IMG/VR virus record: IMGVR_UViG_3300026877_000020
Location: 1-6,006 of that record
Reading direction: 5' to 3' (one strand)
DNA length: 6,006 nt
Part shown: positions 5,947-6,006 of the stretch, one piece after another
Numbering within the stretch: the stretch's first letter is position 1
Layout of the letters: each line of letters opens with the position of its first letter
The notes under the pieces: generated by a model
Seen by the model: only the letters and a program-made list of their open reading frames with translations
The model's database searches: none
What the model was told of the DNA's origin: nothing
Position numbers and translations under genes: made by a program

Positions 5947-5963
5947 GAAAATTTATATTGTAG
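5947..5963 (+). promoter_or_regulatory. Putative MCP promoter GAAAATTTATATTGTAG
   Basis: BRE-like GAAAA + TTTATA about 33-38 nt upstream of the ATG at 5990. Confidence 0.55.
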
Positions 5964-5989
5964 AAATTAAAATTTTTAATTGACCAAAA

Positions 5990-6006
5990 ATGGCGAAAGG
6001 AAGAAC
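5990..6006 (+). CDS. Start of probable rudivirus major capsid protein (MAKGR(T)...), truncated by the window edge
   Basis: ATG GCG AAA GGA AGA AC matches the recalled rudiviral MCP N-terminus MAKG(H/R)T. Position a few genes from the dUTPase agrees with recalled SIRV synteny. Only 5 full codons are visible. Confidence 0.7.

Overview
Very AT-rich, gene-dense segment of a crenarchaeal (Sulfolobales) rod-shaped virus genome (Rudiviridae, SIRV/ARV-like). Family assignments rest on motifs visible in the sequence plus recalled rudivirus proteins; no search was run. Left half (minus strand): the rudiviral ssDNA-processing module of SSB (SIRV2 gp17-like), BrxL/Lon-type AAA+ ATPase (gp18-like) and Cas4-like nuclease (gp19-like), followed by small hypothetical genes. 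Centre: a probable tandem-RHH protein divergent from an HUH Rep. The Rep converges on the pyramid egress protein PVAP (P98-like). PVAP is divergent from two coupled RHH regulators that the ORF track missed (SvtR-like 3933-4094; CopG-like 4091-4267). Right half: a host-like dCTP deaminase/dUTPase, three small unknown genes, and the first codons (MAKGR) of the probable major capsid protein. A TATA+GTC(A) promoter signature precedes nine genes but is absent from the two late-function genes (PVAP, MCP). Most components are known rudivirus genes. The potentially new aspects are the gene arrangement, the regulatory architecture and the small orphan proteins.
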